Assembly (NCBI GenBank): GCA_965202965.1
Contig: CBDBCQ010000001.1
Span: 6,626 to 70,625 of the forward strand
Direction: 5' to 3'
From: Dehalococcoidia bacterium
GTDB lineage: Bacteria > Chloroflexota > Dehalococcoidia > Lucifugimonadales > UBA1123
DNA: 64,000 nt
Under the pieces are notes generated by a model. It worked only from the letters and a program-made list of their open reading frames with translations. It was not told the DNA's origin and did not search any database. Both the position numbers and the translations under genes were made by a program. Positions 1 to 9,345 of this stretch are shown piece after piece (position 1 is the stretch's first letter; every line of letters starts with the position of its first letter).

Positions 1-99
1 CTCCGCATCTGAGAGCCTTCGGGCTCAACATTCAGGCGCCCAGGTCTGGCTGATGCGGGTTGGGCATCGGACACTGTATCGCTTCGGGGGCAGTTCCCT

Positions 100-285
100 G
101 TGGAGGATCGGTTGATCGAGGGCTTCGTGAACGCCAGACTCGAGGCCGTCGTAACCGTTACCTTGCAGGGTCCGGCTGGGCAGACGCAGGAAGTCGATGC
201 CGTGATTGATACCGGCTTCAACGGTTACCTGAACTTGCCGATGACGATGGCGGACCTGGAGTTGCCTGTGGTCGGTGAAGGTGAG
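100..285 (+). pseudogene. 3'-truncated small clan-AA (retropepsin-like) aspartic protease fragment
   Basis: ORF 100..417 starts MEDRLIEGFVNARLEAVVTVTLQGPAGQTQEVDAVIDTGFNGYLNLP. The DTGF-x-GYL-x-LP active-site block is typical of small prokaryotic retropepsin-like proteases. The family-like sequence stops near aa 62, where the opposite-strand tnpB remnant begins. Confidence 0.45.
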
Positions 286-495
286 CAGCCCACGGAGCAA
301 TCTGAGCCTTGCGTGCGTTCCAGCGTGAACGCAGAACTCTGTCGTTCCGCCACTCTCCATCATCGAGTCCCTTCTGGAAGTCCTCGCTGGCGCTGGTTGG
401 CGGCGAACCTGGCGTAGCCAACGTGTTCCCTCCCACAGCAGGCGTTCCTAGCTGCGGGTCGGGTTCAGAGCTATCTTGTGCGCTAAGTTCACCCA
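283..495 (-). pseudogene. tnpB: 5' remnant (~70 codons) of a tnpB gene, paralog of 33721..34998
   Basis: Nucleotides 283-495 align almost base for base with 34780-34985. ORF 218..505 reads ...EDFQKGLDDGEWRNDRVLRSRWNARKAQIAPWAAHL against the full copy's ...EDFQKGLADGEWRNDKELRPRWNARKAELAPWAAHL. No downstream RuvC or zinc-finger part is present. Confidence 0.8.
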
Positions 496-505
496 TGAGG
501 TGCAT

Positions 506-3500
506 TCAGCGTGAGGTCGAAAGTACGGTGACGCCAGACGTAGGAGCAGAACAGCCGGCTTTGTTGCAAGCCCTTACTGTGTAAGTTCCACCCCGGAAAC
601 CAAATAAGAAGGAGGCTTCGTGATCTTCGTATCTGGTCTGAGGCGCGCTTACATCTCTATCGTGTTTTGAGTTTTTATACACCTGATAGTATGTCGCCCC
701 CTGAACCGCATTCCAAGTTACGATTGCATAGTCGGTGCCAAAAGAGACATCAACCTTTCTTCCCTGGATGCCGGTGGGACTGGACGGAATATCGACGGGT
801 CCGTCCGATTCCGTAATTCCGCCTTTCGCATCAGAGAAAGGTGAACATCCGACTTCGTTGCATCCTCGTATCCTGTAGTAGTATGTCGTGTTCGGACTTA
901 AGCCACCGTCCTGGTGTTCGTTGCCTGTAAGGTTAGAAGCCACCAGGTTGTATCCACTGTCCGGAGAGGTACTGCGTTGCAGTTCGAACTGAGCGCCCTC
1001 GTGCGTGCCCACGTACCTAAACCACCTGACCGTCAAGGAATTTGATGTCCTGTCAACAACATAAACTGATGTTGCAAGGTCGAACACCGGCACGGAACCT
1101 TCCAACCGGGCAGGATTGTCGCTGTCAATATCCGAGCACCCGCCACTGTTGCAGGCGACAACCCAGTAGTAGTTCGTCGCATCCTCATCGGGGTCGGTGT
1201 GCGTATAGCTCGTAGCCGTCACATTGGTCGCCATCTCCTCGCAGAATATAGGATTACCAAAAGAAGACAATCGGCAGTCCGAGTCGAAGGAGTAGTGGTA
1301 GTAGATGTTGTAGTAGTCCGCGCCCGACACCGCATCCCAGCTGACGACCGTCGTCGAGTCTTGCCAGGCATATCTCTGGTTGGACGGACTTCCGGTTCTG
1401 GTATCGACGAATTCGGCAGGATTGTCGCTGTCAATGTCCGAGCATCCGTCGCTGTTGCAGGCGACGACCCAGTAGTAGTTGTCGTCTTCATCCGGATCGG
1501 TGTGTATGTAGCTCGTAGCCGTCACATTGGTCGCCAGCTCCTCGCAGAAACTGGGCCTACCCGACGAAGACAATCTGCAACTGTCATCGAAGAAATCATC
1601 GTAGTAGATGTTGTAGTAGTCTGCACCCGACACCGCGTCCCAGCTGACGACTGTCGTCGAGCCTTGCCAGATGTATCTCTGGTTGGATGGACTTGCGGGT
1701 CTGGTATCGACGAAACTCGCGGGGTTCGCGCTGTCAATGTCAGAACATCCGGCGCTGTTGCAGGCGACGACCCAGTAGTAGTTCTCGTCTTCATCCGGGC
1801 TGGTGTGTGTATAGCTCGTGGCCGTCACGTTGGTTACCAACTCGCTGCAGTGGATAGGACTGCCGAAAGAGGACAGGTGACACCTTGAGCTGGCGGAGAA
1901 ATGCTGGTCGTGGTAGATCTTATAGTAGTCCGCGCCTGACACGGCGTCCCAGCTGACGACAATTGCCGAGCCCTGCCAGACATATCCTTGATTGGCCGGC
2001 GAGCCCGGTGCAGCGCCGGAAATGGGCGTGGACGTCGGACTAGGCGTCGGCGTTGGCGATGGACTGGGTGTTGGTGTTGGGCTGGGCGTCGGACTCGGTG
2101 TAGGCTGTTCTGAGTCGCCGACTTCCTCTATCAGCCAACCGCCACCGCTCTGCTTTGCGGCGCGCAGGACTACACGTATATCAATGGAATCGCCGGAAGC
2201 GATGTGCTCGATTCTCCCGGTGCCGGACCCCGAAACGATGAACTGCGTGGTACTGCTCGGATAGGTGCAACTCTCACCGGGAGACACCACGAGATCGACA
2301 CGGCAAACTCCGTCACCTGAGCCGCCTCCGGGAGGAGTTGGTGTCGGGGTGGGCGTGGGTGGCGGCGGCGGTGTGGTAGAGCCGTCTATCTCCACGGTAA
2401 GTGTGAAGTTGCCGGTAGTCTCGGATTCATAAGTCGTCGCCTCGATGGTGTAGTCGCCAGCTGCGAGGCTTGCCGATATACCCGAATCGGTGGGTGTGTT
2501 AAGGCTGAATTCGTTGATGTCGTGGTCGTCGTTGAAATGCAGGATGGCTCCGTCTTTGCCGGCGCCTTGTCGAATGTTCAGATAGGTGTCCTCGGATGAT
2601 TCGAGCGTGACGGTGATGTCGGCGGACCCGGCGAGGGTGAAGGTATAGAATAGCGCGTAGGCGTCGCCACTGCCGTCCGGAGCCGGATCCACTGCATCAC
2701 AGTCGCTTGTCCAGGTACCATTGAACGTGGCTGAGCCTGTAAACTCCTCCATGCACGGGTCTGTGGGTTCGGGCGTAGGCGAGGACGTGGGGGACGGTGT
2801 GACCGAGGGCGTAGGGGTAGGAGTAGATGTAGGCGACGGTGTGGGTGTTGGCTGTGTCGAGGCATCGGTCGCCAGCAGGCGCGCGAAGCCATGGCCCCAG
2901 ACGTTGTCAGTGCCTGCCGCACCGCGCTCTTCAGCGTGAGTCTTCAGGTAGTTGGTGATTTGCTGTGGCGTGTAGCTGGGGTAGTTCTGCTTGACCAGCG
3001 CGGCAAGGCCGGCGACATGCGGGGAAGCCTGGCTTGTGCCCAGGAAGTAGCCGTTTGGGATTCCATAAGAGAGAAGTGTTGCCGATTGCCCGCCGTCCGC
3101 GCCCACGATGTCGGGCTTTGGCCTGCCGTCGGGCGTCGGCCCCTGGCTGCTGAAAGGTTCGATTATGCCGGTGTCGAATGGGTTGTCGATGCTGCCGTTC
3201 CGTCCCGCGGCCCCAACGGCGAGGAGTCCGGGGTTTGCGCTCTCCGCAGGGTTGGTGATGCTTCCGGAGAGTGTATGAGCAGCCAGTTCCTGTTCCGTCA
3301 ATACCTGAAGTTGAATCCATTCCGGCAGAGCGCCTGAAAAACTCTCGACAGCAAGGCAGTATGTACCGCTGGAGGCGAAACCGTATGTAAGATGCTCATG
3401 CGGGACATCCCCGGTCAGTCCCTCTTGGAAGTCCTGGCCTCCAAAGAGGAATAACGAGGTGACGAGTTCACGCTCTCCTGAGGGCAATACTTCGTACAGG

Positions 3501-4672
3501 AGAAGGTCGAGGTCTCGACTTGCTCCTGTCCAGTCATCATCCCAGCGAAGCTGCGCGCTAATCACGCCGAAGATTAAGCCTTCGATCTCGAACTGGTTGC
3601 ACTGGCTGTCTGCGCTGAAGTTATGAAAGCCATCGCCATCCGGGTCTGAAAAGTCCCCGAACCACGTAGTCGTTGCTTCATTGCCCGCAGCGCTGACCCA
3701 AGTGATGCCGCCAGCAACGGCTGCGTCCACACTCCTCAGTGGGCTGTCGCTGAAGGGTGACGTGCCGTCGCCGGGGCCATCCCAGATTGTGCCCGCAGAC
3801 ACGTTGATGACATCAACGTCATGCTCGACCATCCATTCGACCGTGTCTTTCAGGTCGCCGCCAGAACCCAGGTTTGATATGTAGTAAGTGGCCTCTGGCG
3901 CAATGTCGAAAACTGCCTCTGCTACGGCAGTGCCGTGTGCATCATAGTTCTCGCAGTCTGCAAGGTCAGGGGTGAAGACACCTATGTCGGTGTAGCATCT
4001 CGCTTCCACCGCCGCAGGCAATTCGGTTCCCATGAGGCGTTGGAAGCCCTCGAAGCCGGTGTCGATGATGCCGATCCTGATGCCCCGTCCCTTGAGTCCG
4101 GCGGCGTGCCAGGCGGGTACGCCATGCGCTGCGACGCCCTCGCTGACGACTCTACCCTGCGCTGGCCGCAGCGGTACGATCTTGCGGACGCTGATCACGC
4201 CTTCCCGCTCCGATGCGCTTGGCAGAAGCGATACCTGCACATAGGCTTCGATATAGTCTATGCCGATGTTGCGTGGGGACGCGCTGTTATCGTCGAGCCA
4301 GTCCCACACATCCTGCGCGTAGCCTTCGGTGGTGTAGAGCGTTACCGCGACGAAATCTTCGCGATGAAAGGGGGCGTTGGCGGCTGCGGCTTGCGCGGTG
4401 AACTGGCCGGTCTGCACTTGCTCGACGATGCGGCTGAGATGGGAGTCCAGGTTGGGGTACTGCGGCGGGTTGAGTTTGCCCGAGGCGGGCAGGAGGTCTT
4501 CGATGCCTTGCCCGTCTTCCTGCACGACTGTGGCTTCGGGTATAGGCGTGTCGCCAGTCTGTGCATGGGTAGTCAGGGCGCCGTCGGACGTGAGCAGAGC
4601 GAGTAACAGCGCCGCGGATATGATGATGGCGACAGACAGCGTAGATACACGCTTCGAGAAACTTGATTGCAC
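506..4672 (-). CDS. Secreted S8 subtilisin-like serine protease with a PPC-type domain, Pro/Thr linkers and tandem Cys-containing FN3-like modules
   Basis: N-terminal signal/TM segment (VAIIISAALLLALLTS...THAQTG). Catalytic motifs are IGIIDTGF (Asp), AHGTAVAEAV (His), SAAGNEA (oxyanion Asn) and GTSQASPHVAGLAALV (Ser). A PPC-like block reads DAYALFYTFTL...DTYLNI...NDD...GDYTIEATTYE...GNFTLTV. Four ~100-aa repeats match W(D)AVSGADYY.IY...C...C...YYWVVACNS.GCS. GTG start with a GGGGAGG SD. Confidence 0.9.
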   Translation of the reverse strand: MQSSFSKRVSTLSVAIIISAALLLALLTSDGALTTHAQTGDTPIPEATVVQEDGQGIEDLLPASGKLNPPQYPNLDSHLSRIVEQVQTGQFTAQAAAANAPFHREDFVAVTLYTTEGYAQDVWDWLDDNSASPRNIGIDYIEAYVQVSLLPSASEREGVISVRKIVPLRPAQGRVVSEGVAAHGVPAWHAAGLKGRGIRIGIIDTGFEGFQRLMGTELPAAVEARCYTDIGVFTPDLADCENYDAHGTAVAEAVFDIAPEATYYISNLGSGGDLKDTVEWMVEHDVDVINVSAGTIWDGPGDGTSPFSDSPLRSVDAAVAGGITWVSAAGNEATTTWFGDFSDPDGDGFHNFSADSQCNQFEIEGLIFGVISAQLRWDDDWTGASRDLDLLLYEVLPSGERELVTSLFLFGGQDFQEGLTGDVPHEHLTYGFASSGTYCLAVESFSGALPEWIQLQVLTEQELAAHTLSGSITNPAESANPGLLAVGAAGRNGSIDNPFDTGIIEPFSSQGPTPDGRPKPDIVGADGGQSATLLSYGIPNGYFLGTSQASPHVAGLAALVKQNYPSYTPQQITNYLKTHAEERGAAGTDNVWGHGFARLLATDASTQPTPTPSPTSTPTPTPSVTPSPTSSPTPEPTDPCMEEFTGSATFNGTWTSDCDAVDPAPDGSGDAYALFYTFTLAGSADITVTLESSEDTYLNIRQGAGKDGAILHFNDDHDINEFSLNTPTDSGISASLAAGDYTIEATTYESETTGNFTLTVEIDGSTTPPPPPTPTPTPTPPGGGSGDGVCRVDLVVSPGESCTYPSSTTQFIVSGSGTGRIEHIASGDSIDIRVVLRAAKQSGGGWLIEEVGDSEQPTPSPTPSPTPTPSPSPTPTPSPTSTPISGAAPGSPANQGYVWQGSAIVVSWDAVSGADYYKIYHDQHFSASSRCHLSSFGSPIHCSELVTNVTATSYTHTSPDEDENYYWVVACNSAGCSDIDSANPASFVDTRPASPSNQRYIWQGSTTVVSWDAVSGADYYNIYYDDFFDDSCRLSSSGRPSFCEELATNVTATSYIHTDPDEDDNYYWVVACNSDGCSDIDSDNPAEFVDTRTGSPSNQRYAWQDSTTVVSWDAVSGADYYNIYYHYSFDSDCRLSSFGNPIFCEEMATNVTATSYTHTDPDEDATNYYWVVACNSGGCSDIDSDNPARLEGSVPVFDLATSVYVVDRTSNSLTVRWFRYVGTHEGAQFELQRSTSPDSGYNLVASNLTGNEHQDGGLSPNTTYYYRIRGCNEVGCSPFSDAKGGITESDGPVDIPSSPTGIQGRKVDVSFGTDYAIVTWNAVQGATYYQVYKNSKHDRDVSAPQTRYEDHEASFLFGFRGGTYTVRACNKAGCSAPTSGVTVLSTSR

Positions 4673-4978
4673 TGCGGTTACCGCCTCCCCAAATGAGTGA
4701 TAGAGCGAATATCAGATGTTGTGGAAATTGAAAAAGCGCAAGTAAGGGAAAGGGCGTATCCTTCCAGGTAATCAGAGAGGTCGAAATGACAGACTGGAGG
4801 GGCACGCCGCGCGGCAGGTATATCAGAAGGAAGAAGATGCGAACGATCCCGGATGGCCCATAAAGTATCATCGCAGAGTTGACGACCGCTGGAAGAGATG
4901 GTCAGCGCGGTGAGGCTGAGGACGGCTGTGACTCATCGGATGAAGCGTCATGACAGCGCGAGGATGGCATCTTAACCG

Positions 4979-5167
4979 AGCAGCAGTGCCGCCAAAATTA
5001 TTAGTCTATTCAAGGCCTCTCTCCTTTAACTTGGTTTAGTAGCTCCGTCTATTTGGCTCGATAGATCCATTCACCGCTGCAGATCCGTTCACTCCTGTGG
5101 ACTCCGCACTTGCCTCGACCACAGGGGAAGCAAACGGATCTGCCGTACTCTTTATGGCCCTTTTTCT
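4979..5167. repeat. Duplicate of 17316..17504: intergenic leader plus the first 12 codons of the 2108-aa gene
   Basis: Near-identical to 17316-17504 at a constant offset of 12337 nt. On the minus strand it retains AAAGGAGAGAGG-cc-TTG AAT AGA CTA ATA ATT TTG GCG GCA CTG CTG, then hits a stop after about 13 codons. It is therefore a dead copy of a gene start. Confidence 0.9.
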
Positions 5168-8100
5168 CTACATGAAGTAGAGGTCTATGACTGCGCTCAC
5201 CTCTTCCAAAGTGAGGTTGCCCTCGAAGTAGTCGTCAATGGCCGCGCTGACCTCATCGAGGTCAATGTGACCGGAGGCGTCCATATCCCACTTTTCAAGC
5301 AATGACGGTTCGCCAACGGTCACAATGATCGTGTAGGTCATCGTCGTCCCGTCCTCGGCCGTCACCGTGACGGTGATAGTGTTGTCGCCGGCTTCAAGGC
5401 TTCCGGCATCATCGGTCACCGTCGCAGCTGAATGCGTCGCACCAGCGCTGACCGTAACCATATCGACGTCGCTGCCGACCATCGCGCTGTAGTTTGTCGT
5501 GTCGGACGCGAACATCGGCATCAGGTCGATAGCCATGCCATCGCCGTCCGTCAGACTCAGTGAGGACAGACTCGCATCGTTGGACACGCGGTTCACCATA
5601 ACGGTGTAATCCATAGTCGTCCCGTCTTCAGCCGTTACCGTAACGGTGATAGTGTTTGCACCGACATCAAGGCTTATGTCGCCATCACCGGACACCGTCG
5701 CCTCCGAATGCGTCGCCGGCGCGCTGACCGAGGCCATATCGACAGCGTTTGCGACCGTTGCGCTGTAGTCCGTCATGTCGGATGCGAACATCGGCATCAG
5801 GTCAATAGCCATGCCAGCACCGTCCACCAGGCTCAGTGAGGACAGACTCGCATCGTTCGAAACTTCATCGATCTCCGTAGGTGTACCGACGAGCGACGCG
5901 GACCAGTGCCCTGCTCCGCCGCCGTGAACCGCACGCACCTGCACATCGTACGATACGTCAGCCTCAAGTCCGATAATCGTGTATCTCCGAGGACCTCCGG
6001 TCCAGATGTCGGAAACCACTGTCCAATTGCTGTCTGACTTGTCGGCTGCATCGCTTTCTATATAGCGGAGGTCATAGGAGGCTATACTGGCTCCACCGGT
6101 CTCTACCGGAGCATTCCAGATAACTGCCAGAGACCGTCCTTCCGGTGTGATGCTCGCGATAGCTGGAGCATCGGGCGGGCGGGCGCGGTTTACCCAGATG
6201 GTATAGTGTCCGGCGGCATCATTGCCGTCGCGAATGGATATCCGAAGGCTGATGACGGTTATTCCCGTATCGAGATCGACCTGGTGTCCTGCTAGCGAGC
6301 CGTCCGCGTCCGCAATGGTGCTGCCGCTCTGGTCGAGAATCTGCAGTCTGGCCTTTGGACCGTGCGTAGCGGTGAGCGTAAACCGAGACTCCCCGACAAC
6401 TGCGTCGTAGCTACTGTGATTCGAGTCGAACGCTGGCACCAGAGAGCCGGGACTTATCGTCAGTGTGCTTAGCTGGATGGAGCAAGGCGGAACGCCTAGG
6501 CTATCGAGATGGTTCTCCGGCACGTCTAGCAATTCATATGGCAAACACCCACTGAACTGATTGCCGGAGAGATTCAGCACTTCTAGATTGGTGAGGTTGC
6601 CCAGTTCCGGCGGGATAGGGCCAGTTAACTTGTTGCCGGAGAGATTCAGCACTTTTAGATTGGTGAGGTTGCCCAGTTCCGACGGGATAGGGCCAGTTAA
6701 CTTGTTGCCGGCGAGACCCAGCACTTCTAGATTGGTGAGGTTGCCCAGTTCCGGCGGGATAGGGCCACTAAGCCCATTGAACCCCAGACTCAGCATTTCT
6801 AGATTGGATGCGTTGGCTAGCTCTGGTGGAATCGGACCGCTCAACTGGTTCGCGCTCAGGAACAAATGAGACAGGTTTGGGAGTTTCCCCAACTCCGGTG
6901 GAATTGAGCCACTTAAATCGTTATGTCCGACAAACAGAGCACTTAGATTAGAAAGGTCGCCCAGTTCCGGCGGAATCGGACCGTTCAAGTTGTTGCCGCC
7001 GGCGCCCAGACTCCGTAGGTTAGAGAGGTTAGCTAGCTCTGGCGGAATCGGGCCGCCCAAATCATTGTAGTCAAGCCACAGAACAACTAGGTTCTGGAGA
7101 TTACCCAGTTCAGCGGGCAGAATGCCGGAAAGCCCTGCTTCTCGTATTTTAACTCCATATACCAGGTTGAATCCAAGTTCTACACCCTCCCAATCGTCGA
7201 TGGGAAGATCAACACTCCAGTTCAGTGACTGTTCTCCGCGCAGTGCGTCTCTGGACGCCAGCATCGCCTCACAGTCGGAGATAATGTCGTTGCCGGTGTA
7301 TCCTGACACCGCGACACCTCCAGCACACCCTGGGCTGCGAACCGCTATGCTGACCGCCAGGGAGTCCGTATCACCATCGCTGTCGGTAGCAGTGAGCACA
7401 TAGCCGGTTTCTCCCGATACGACAGCGTCCGTCGATACCTCGATACGGGAGGGCGGACCGGGAACGAAGGTTATGCCATTGCCGGGTTCGGGAGAGATTG
7501 AGTATGTCAGAGGTTCGTTGCCACCGGTTGCCAGGGGAAGGATTCGGCTGTCACTATTCCCGGCGGTAAATGTGTAGGTGACGCTTCCGACCGCAAACGC
7601 CGGATTAGTATCCTTTTCGTCATCAAGGACGTACAGCTTAACGGACCGGGGCGGGATCACACCCTCCCTACTCGCGTTGGTAGCAGTGCCGGATACCGTC
7701 ACCTCCACACTACCGGTCCGGTCGTCGTTGTCGACCGCGGTGAGCGTTACAGTGCCGGAGCTCACCGTCCGACCTGCCGGTATGGTAAGCGTCCGGTTCC
7801 TGCTGAGGGTAACGGTGGTTGCCGGTGAGACGGATACCGTGACCGTCGTGTCCTCGCTCGATGGCCTGTGCAGTGTGGCGGTGATCGTGCCGGTGCCACC
7901 CTTCTCGGAAAGCCGGTAACGCGACATCGCCAGCCCGACCCTGGGCGTTGCCGCAACGGAACGCCGGAAGTTCGCGGTTATCTCTCGTCTCTCGTTGAGG
8001 GTCCTCACTGCGTCGGCAGGTCCGTTCAGCCCAGTAGAAGTGTTGTCTACTGAAACTCCCATTGGATCGCCGCCCCAGTTTAACCTTGGATTTGAGAAGT

Positions 8101-9307
8101 ACAAGAGCCTTGGGCAGTATGCGTCTTCACCCAGAATCTCTACACACTGCCTGCCGTAAGCCATGATAGTGCGCCATCGAGCGGATTCCGGAGCACCAGG
8201 TTCAAACATTCGTTGGTTCACATAACCGTAGTTTGATCCCTCAATCGTTTCCGCTTCCGATTCATATCTCAATAATTGATATCTATCGTGATGCAAGCCC
8301 ATGTTGTGCCCCAACTCATGGGCGAATACTAGGCCTCCAGTAGGCGCTGCTAGAGAAGTGGCAAATGCTCCTCCGACTTGCCCCCTGCCGCCGAATGTAT
8401 AGTCATCCGTCTGGGCAAAAACCAGGTGAACGAGGTCGGCGGCGTATGTATCGCGCAAACTGTGAACCCTGTCCATATAACCATCCGAGACGTCTATGAG
8501 TCTTATGATGTCCGTCAATGTTTCACCCGATTCGACGTATTCCACCTCTTCCCGCAATACCAGCCTGATCCTGTGAAGTGCGCCGCTGTTGGCGAAGGCT
8601 TGGTTGGTCTGCGCAACATACAGGTCGATCATCGCCTCGACGCCCGCCCTGCCTCCCATCAGATTCTTGGCGGCAGGAGTGTAAACTACCATCACGTCTA
8701 TCACCGAACCGTCATCCGCCGGAAGAGAAGCGTTGAGCGCCTGTCGAGAGTTGCCATCAGAGCCTGGGGCTTCGAGCAGCTCGTCGTCAAACGGTGGCAG
8801 CGTGGATTCGTCGATCTGTCGGACCACATATGCACCGGAGTCTGCGGTCTCGATGGTAAAGACTCCTTCGGGCGTCCTCACCATGCCGGCCACGACGCTG
8901 CCGTTCACAACCATGGTCATGGTTCCCATCTCCACACCATCTAGCCCGCCCCAGAACGCGTAGCCCGATGCGGTTGGCTCCGCATGCTCTATTCTGCCCG
9001 TGAATGTGGCGTCTTCAAACAGATTGAGCCTGACTGTCCGAGGCGCAAGCGATTTTACCTCGTCTGCACCCAGGGGCCTTGACACTGATTCCAGTGACGG
9101 GGCGAGTTGTCCGAAGTCGATTCCCACGAAGCGGCTTGCTAGCGTCTCCACGCCGGAAATTGGTGGTGGAGTTCCCTCGATTTCAGAGAATATGCCGCCC
9201 GCTTCGGACTCGCCGGTCTGCGCGTTGGCGGGACCGGAGTTCACAACCGTCGCGAACAGCAACGCCATAACCAAGATGGTAGCGAGAAGGATTGGCGCAT
9301 TACGCAT
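5168..9307 (-). CDS. Secreted metzincin (reprolysin/M12B-like) zinc metalloprotease fused to a Calx-beta-like domain, plant-type LRRs, FN3 and cadherin-like beta-sandwich modules, with a C-terminal EF-hand/dockerin-like tail
   Basis: Signal peptide MRNAPILLATILVMALLFATVVNSGPANAQTG. Zinc motif HELGHNMGLHHD (HExxHxxGxxHD). About 10 LRRs of type LSGPIPPELGNLTNLEVL follow a CEAMLASRDALRG...LNWS...W.GV cap. Two LSSLSL.DG.GMAIDLMPMFASD.T.Y...V modules are present. The tail is KWDMDASGHIDLDEVSAAIDDYFEGNLTLEEVSAVIDLYFM. Confidence 0.85.
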   Translation of the reverse strand: MRNAPILLATILVMALLFATVVNSGPANAQTGESEAGGIFSEIEGTPPPISGVETLASRFVGIDFGQLAPSLESVSRPLGADEVKSLAPRTVRLNLFEDATFTGRIEHAEPTASGYAFWGGLDGVEMGTMTMVVNGSVVAGMVRTPEGVFTIETADSGAYVVRQIDESTLPPFDDELLEAPGSDGNSRQALNASLPADDGSVIDVMVVYTPAAKNLMGGRAGVEAMIDLYVAQTNQAFANSGALHRIRLVLREEVEYVESGETLTDIIRLIDVSDGYMDRVHSLRDTYAADLVHLVFAQTDDYTFGGRGQVGGAFATSLAAPTGGLVFAHELGHNMGLHHDRYQLLRYESEAETIEGSNYGYVNQRMFEPGAPESARWRTIMAYGRQCVEILGEDAYCPRLLYFSNPRLNWGGDPMGVSVDNTSTGLNGPADAVRTLNERREITANFRRSVAATPRVGLAMSRYRLSEKGGTGTITATLHRPSSEDTTVTVSVSPATTVTLSRNRTLTIPAGRTVSSGTVTLTAVDNDDRTGSVEVTVSGTATNASREGVIPPRSVKLYVLDDEKDTNPAFAVGSVTYTFTAGNSDSRILPLATGGNEPLTYSISPEPGNGITFVPGPPSRIEVSTDAVVSGETGYVLTATDSDGDTDSLAVSIAVRSPGCAGGVAVSGYTGNDIISDCEAMLASRDALRGEQSLNWSVDLPIDDWEGVELGFNLVYGVKIREAGLSGILPAELGNLQNLVVLWLDYNDLGGPIPPELANLSNLRSLGAGGNNLNGPIPPELGDLSNLSALFVGHNDLSGSIPPELGKLPNLSHLFLSANQLSGPIPPELANASNLEMLSLGFNGLSGPIPPELGNLTNLEVLGLAGNKLTGPIPSELGNLTNLKVLNLSGNKLTGPIPPELGNLTNLEVLNLSGNQFSGCLPYELLDVPENHLDSLGVPPCSIQLSTLTISPGSLVPAFDSNHSSYDAVVGESRFTLTATHGPKARLQILDQSGSTIADADGSLAGHQVDLDTGITVISLRISIRDGNDAAGHYTIWVNRARPPDAPAIASITPEGRSLAVIWNAPVETGGASIASYDLRYIESDAADKSDSNWTVVSDIWTGGPRRYTIIGLEADVSYDVQVRAVHGGGAGHWSASLVGTPTEIDEVSNDASLSSLSLVDGAGMAIDLMPMFASDMTDYSATVANAVDMASVSAPATHSEATVSGDGDISLDVGANTITVTVTAEDGTTMDYTVMVNRVSNDASLSSLSLTDGDGMAIDLMPMFASDTTNYSAMVGSDVDMVTVSAGATHSAATVTDDAGSLEAGDNTITVTVTAEDGTTMTYTIIVTVGEPSLLEKWDMDASGHIDLDEVSAAIDDYFEGNLTLEEVSAVIDLYFM

Positions 9308-9345
9308 TAATAGAACCTGCTAGCAGCCTTTGCACACGATAGAGA

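Noticed and set aside
1199-1888. Long antisense ORFs inside the big genes, e.g. 1199..1888, 3935..4606, 8378..8944, 12698..13696, 14372..15025, 18327..19046, 24058..24669, 26976..27917, 41986..43299, 48616..49509, 54494..55141 and 60733..61530.
   Set aside because: They lie fully within, and opposite to, ORFs that carry clear family motifs. Their translations are Arg/Pro/Ser/Gly-rich low-complexity sequence, typical of shadow ORFs in GC-rich DNA. Several merely mirror the repeat periodicity of the sense gene.
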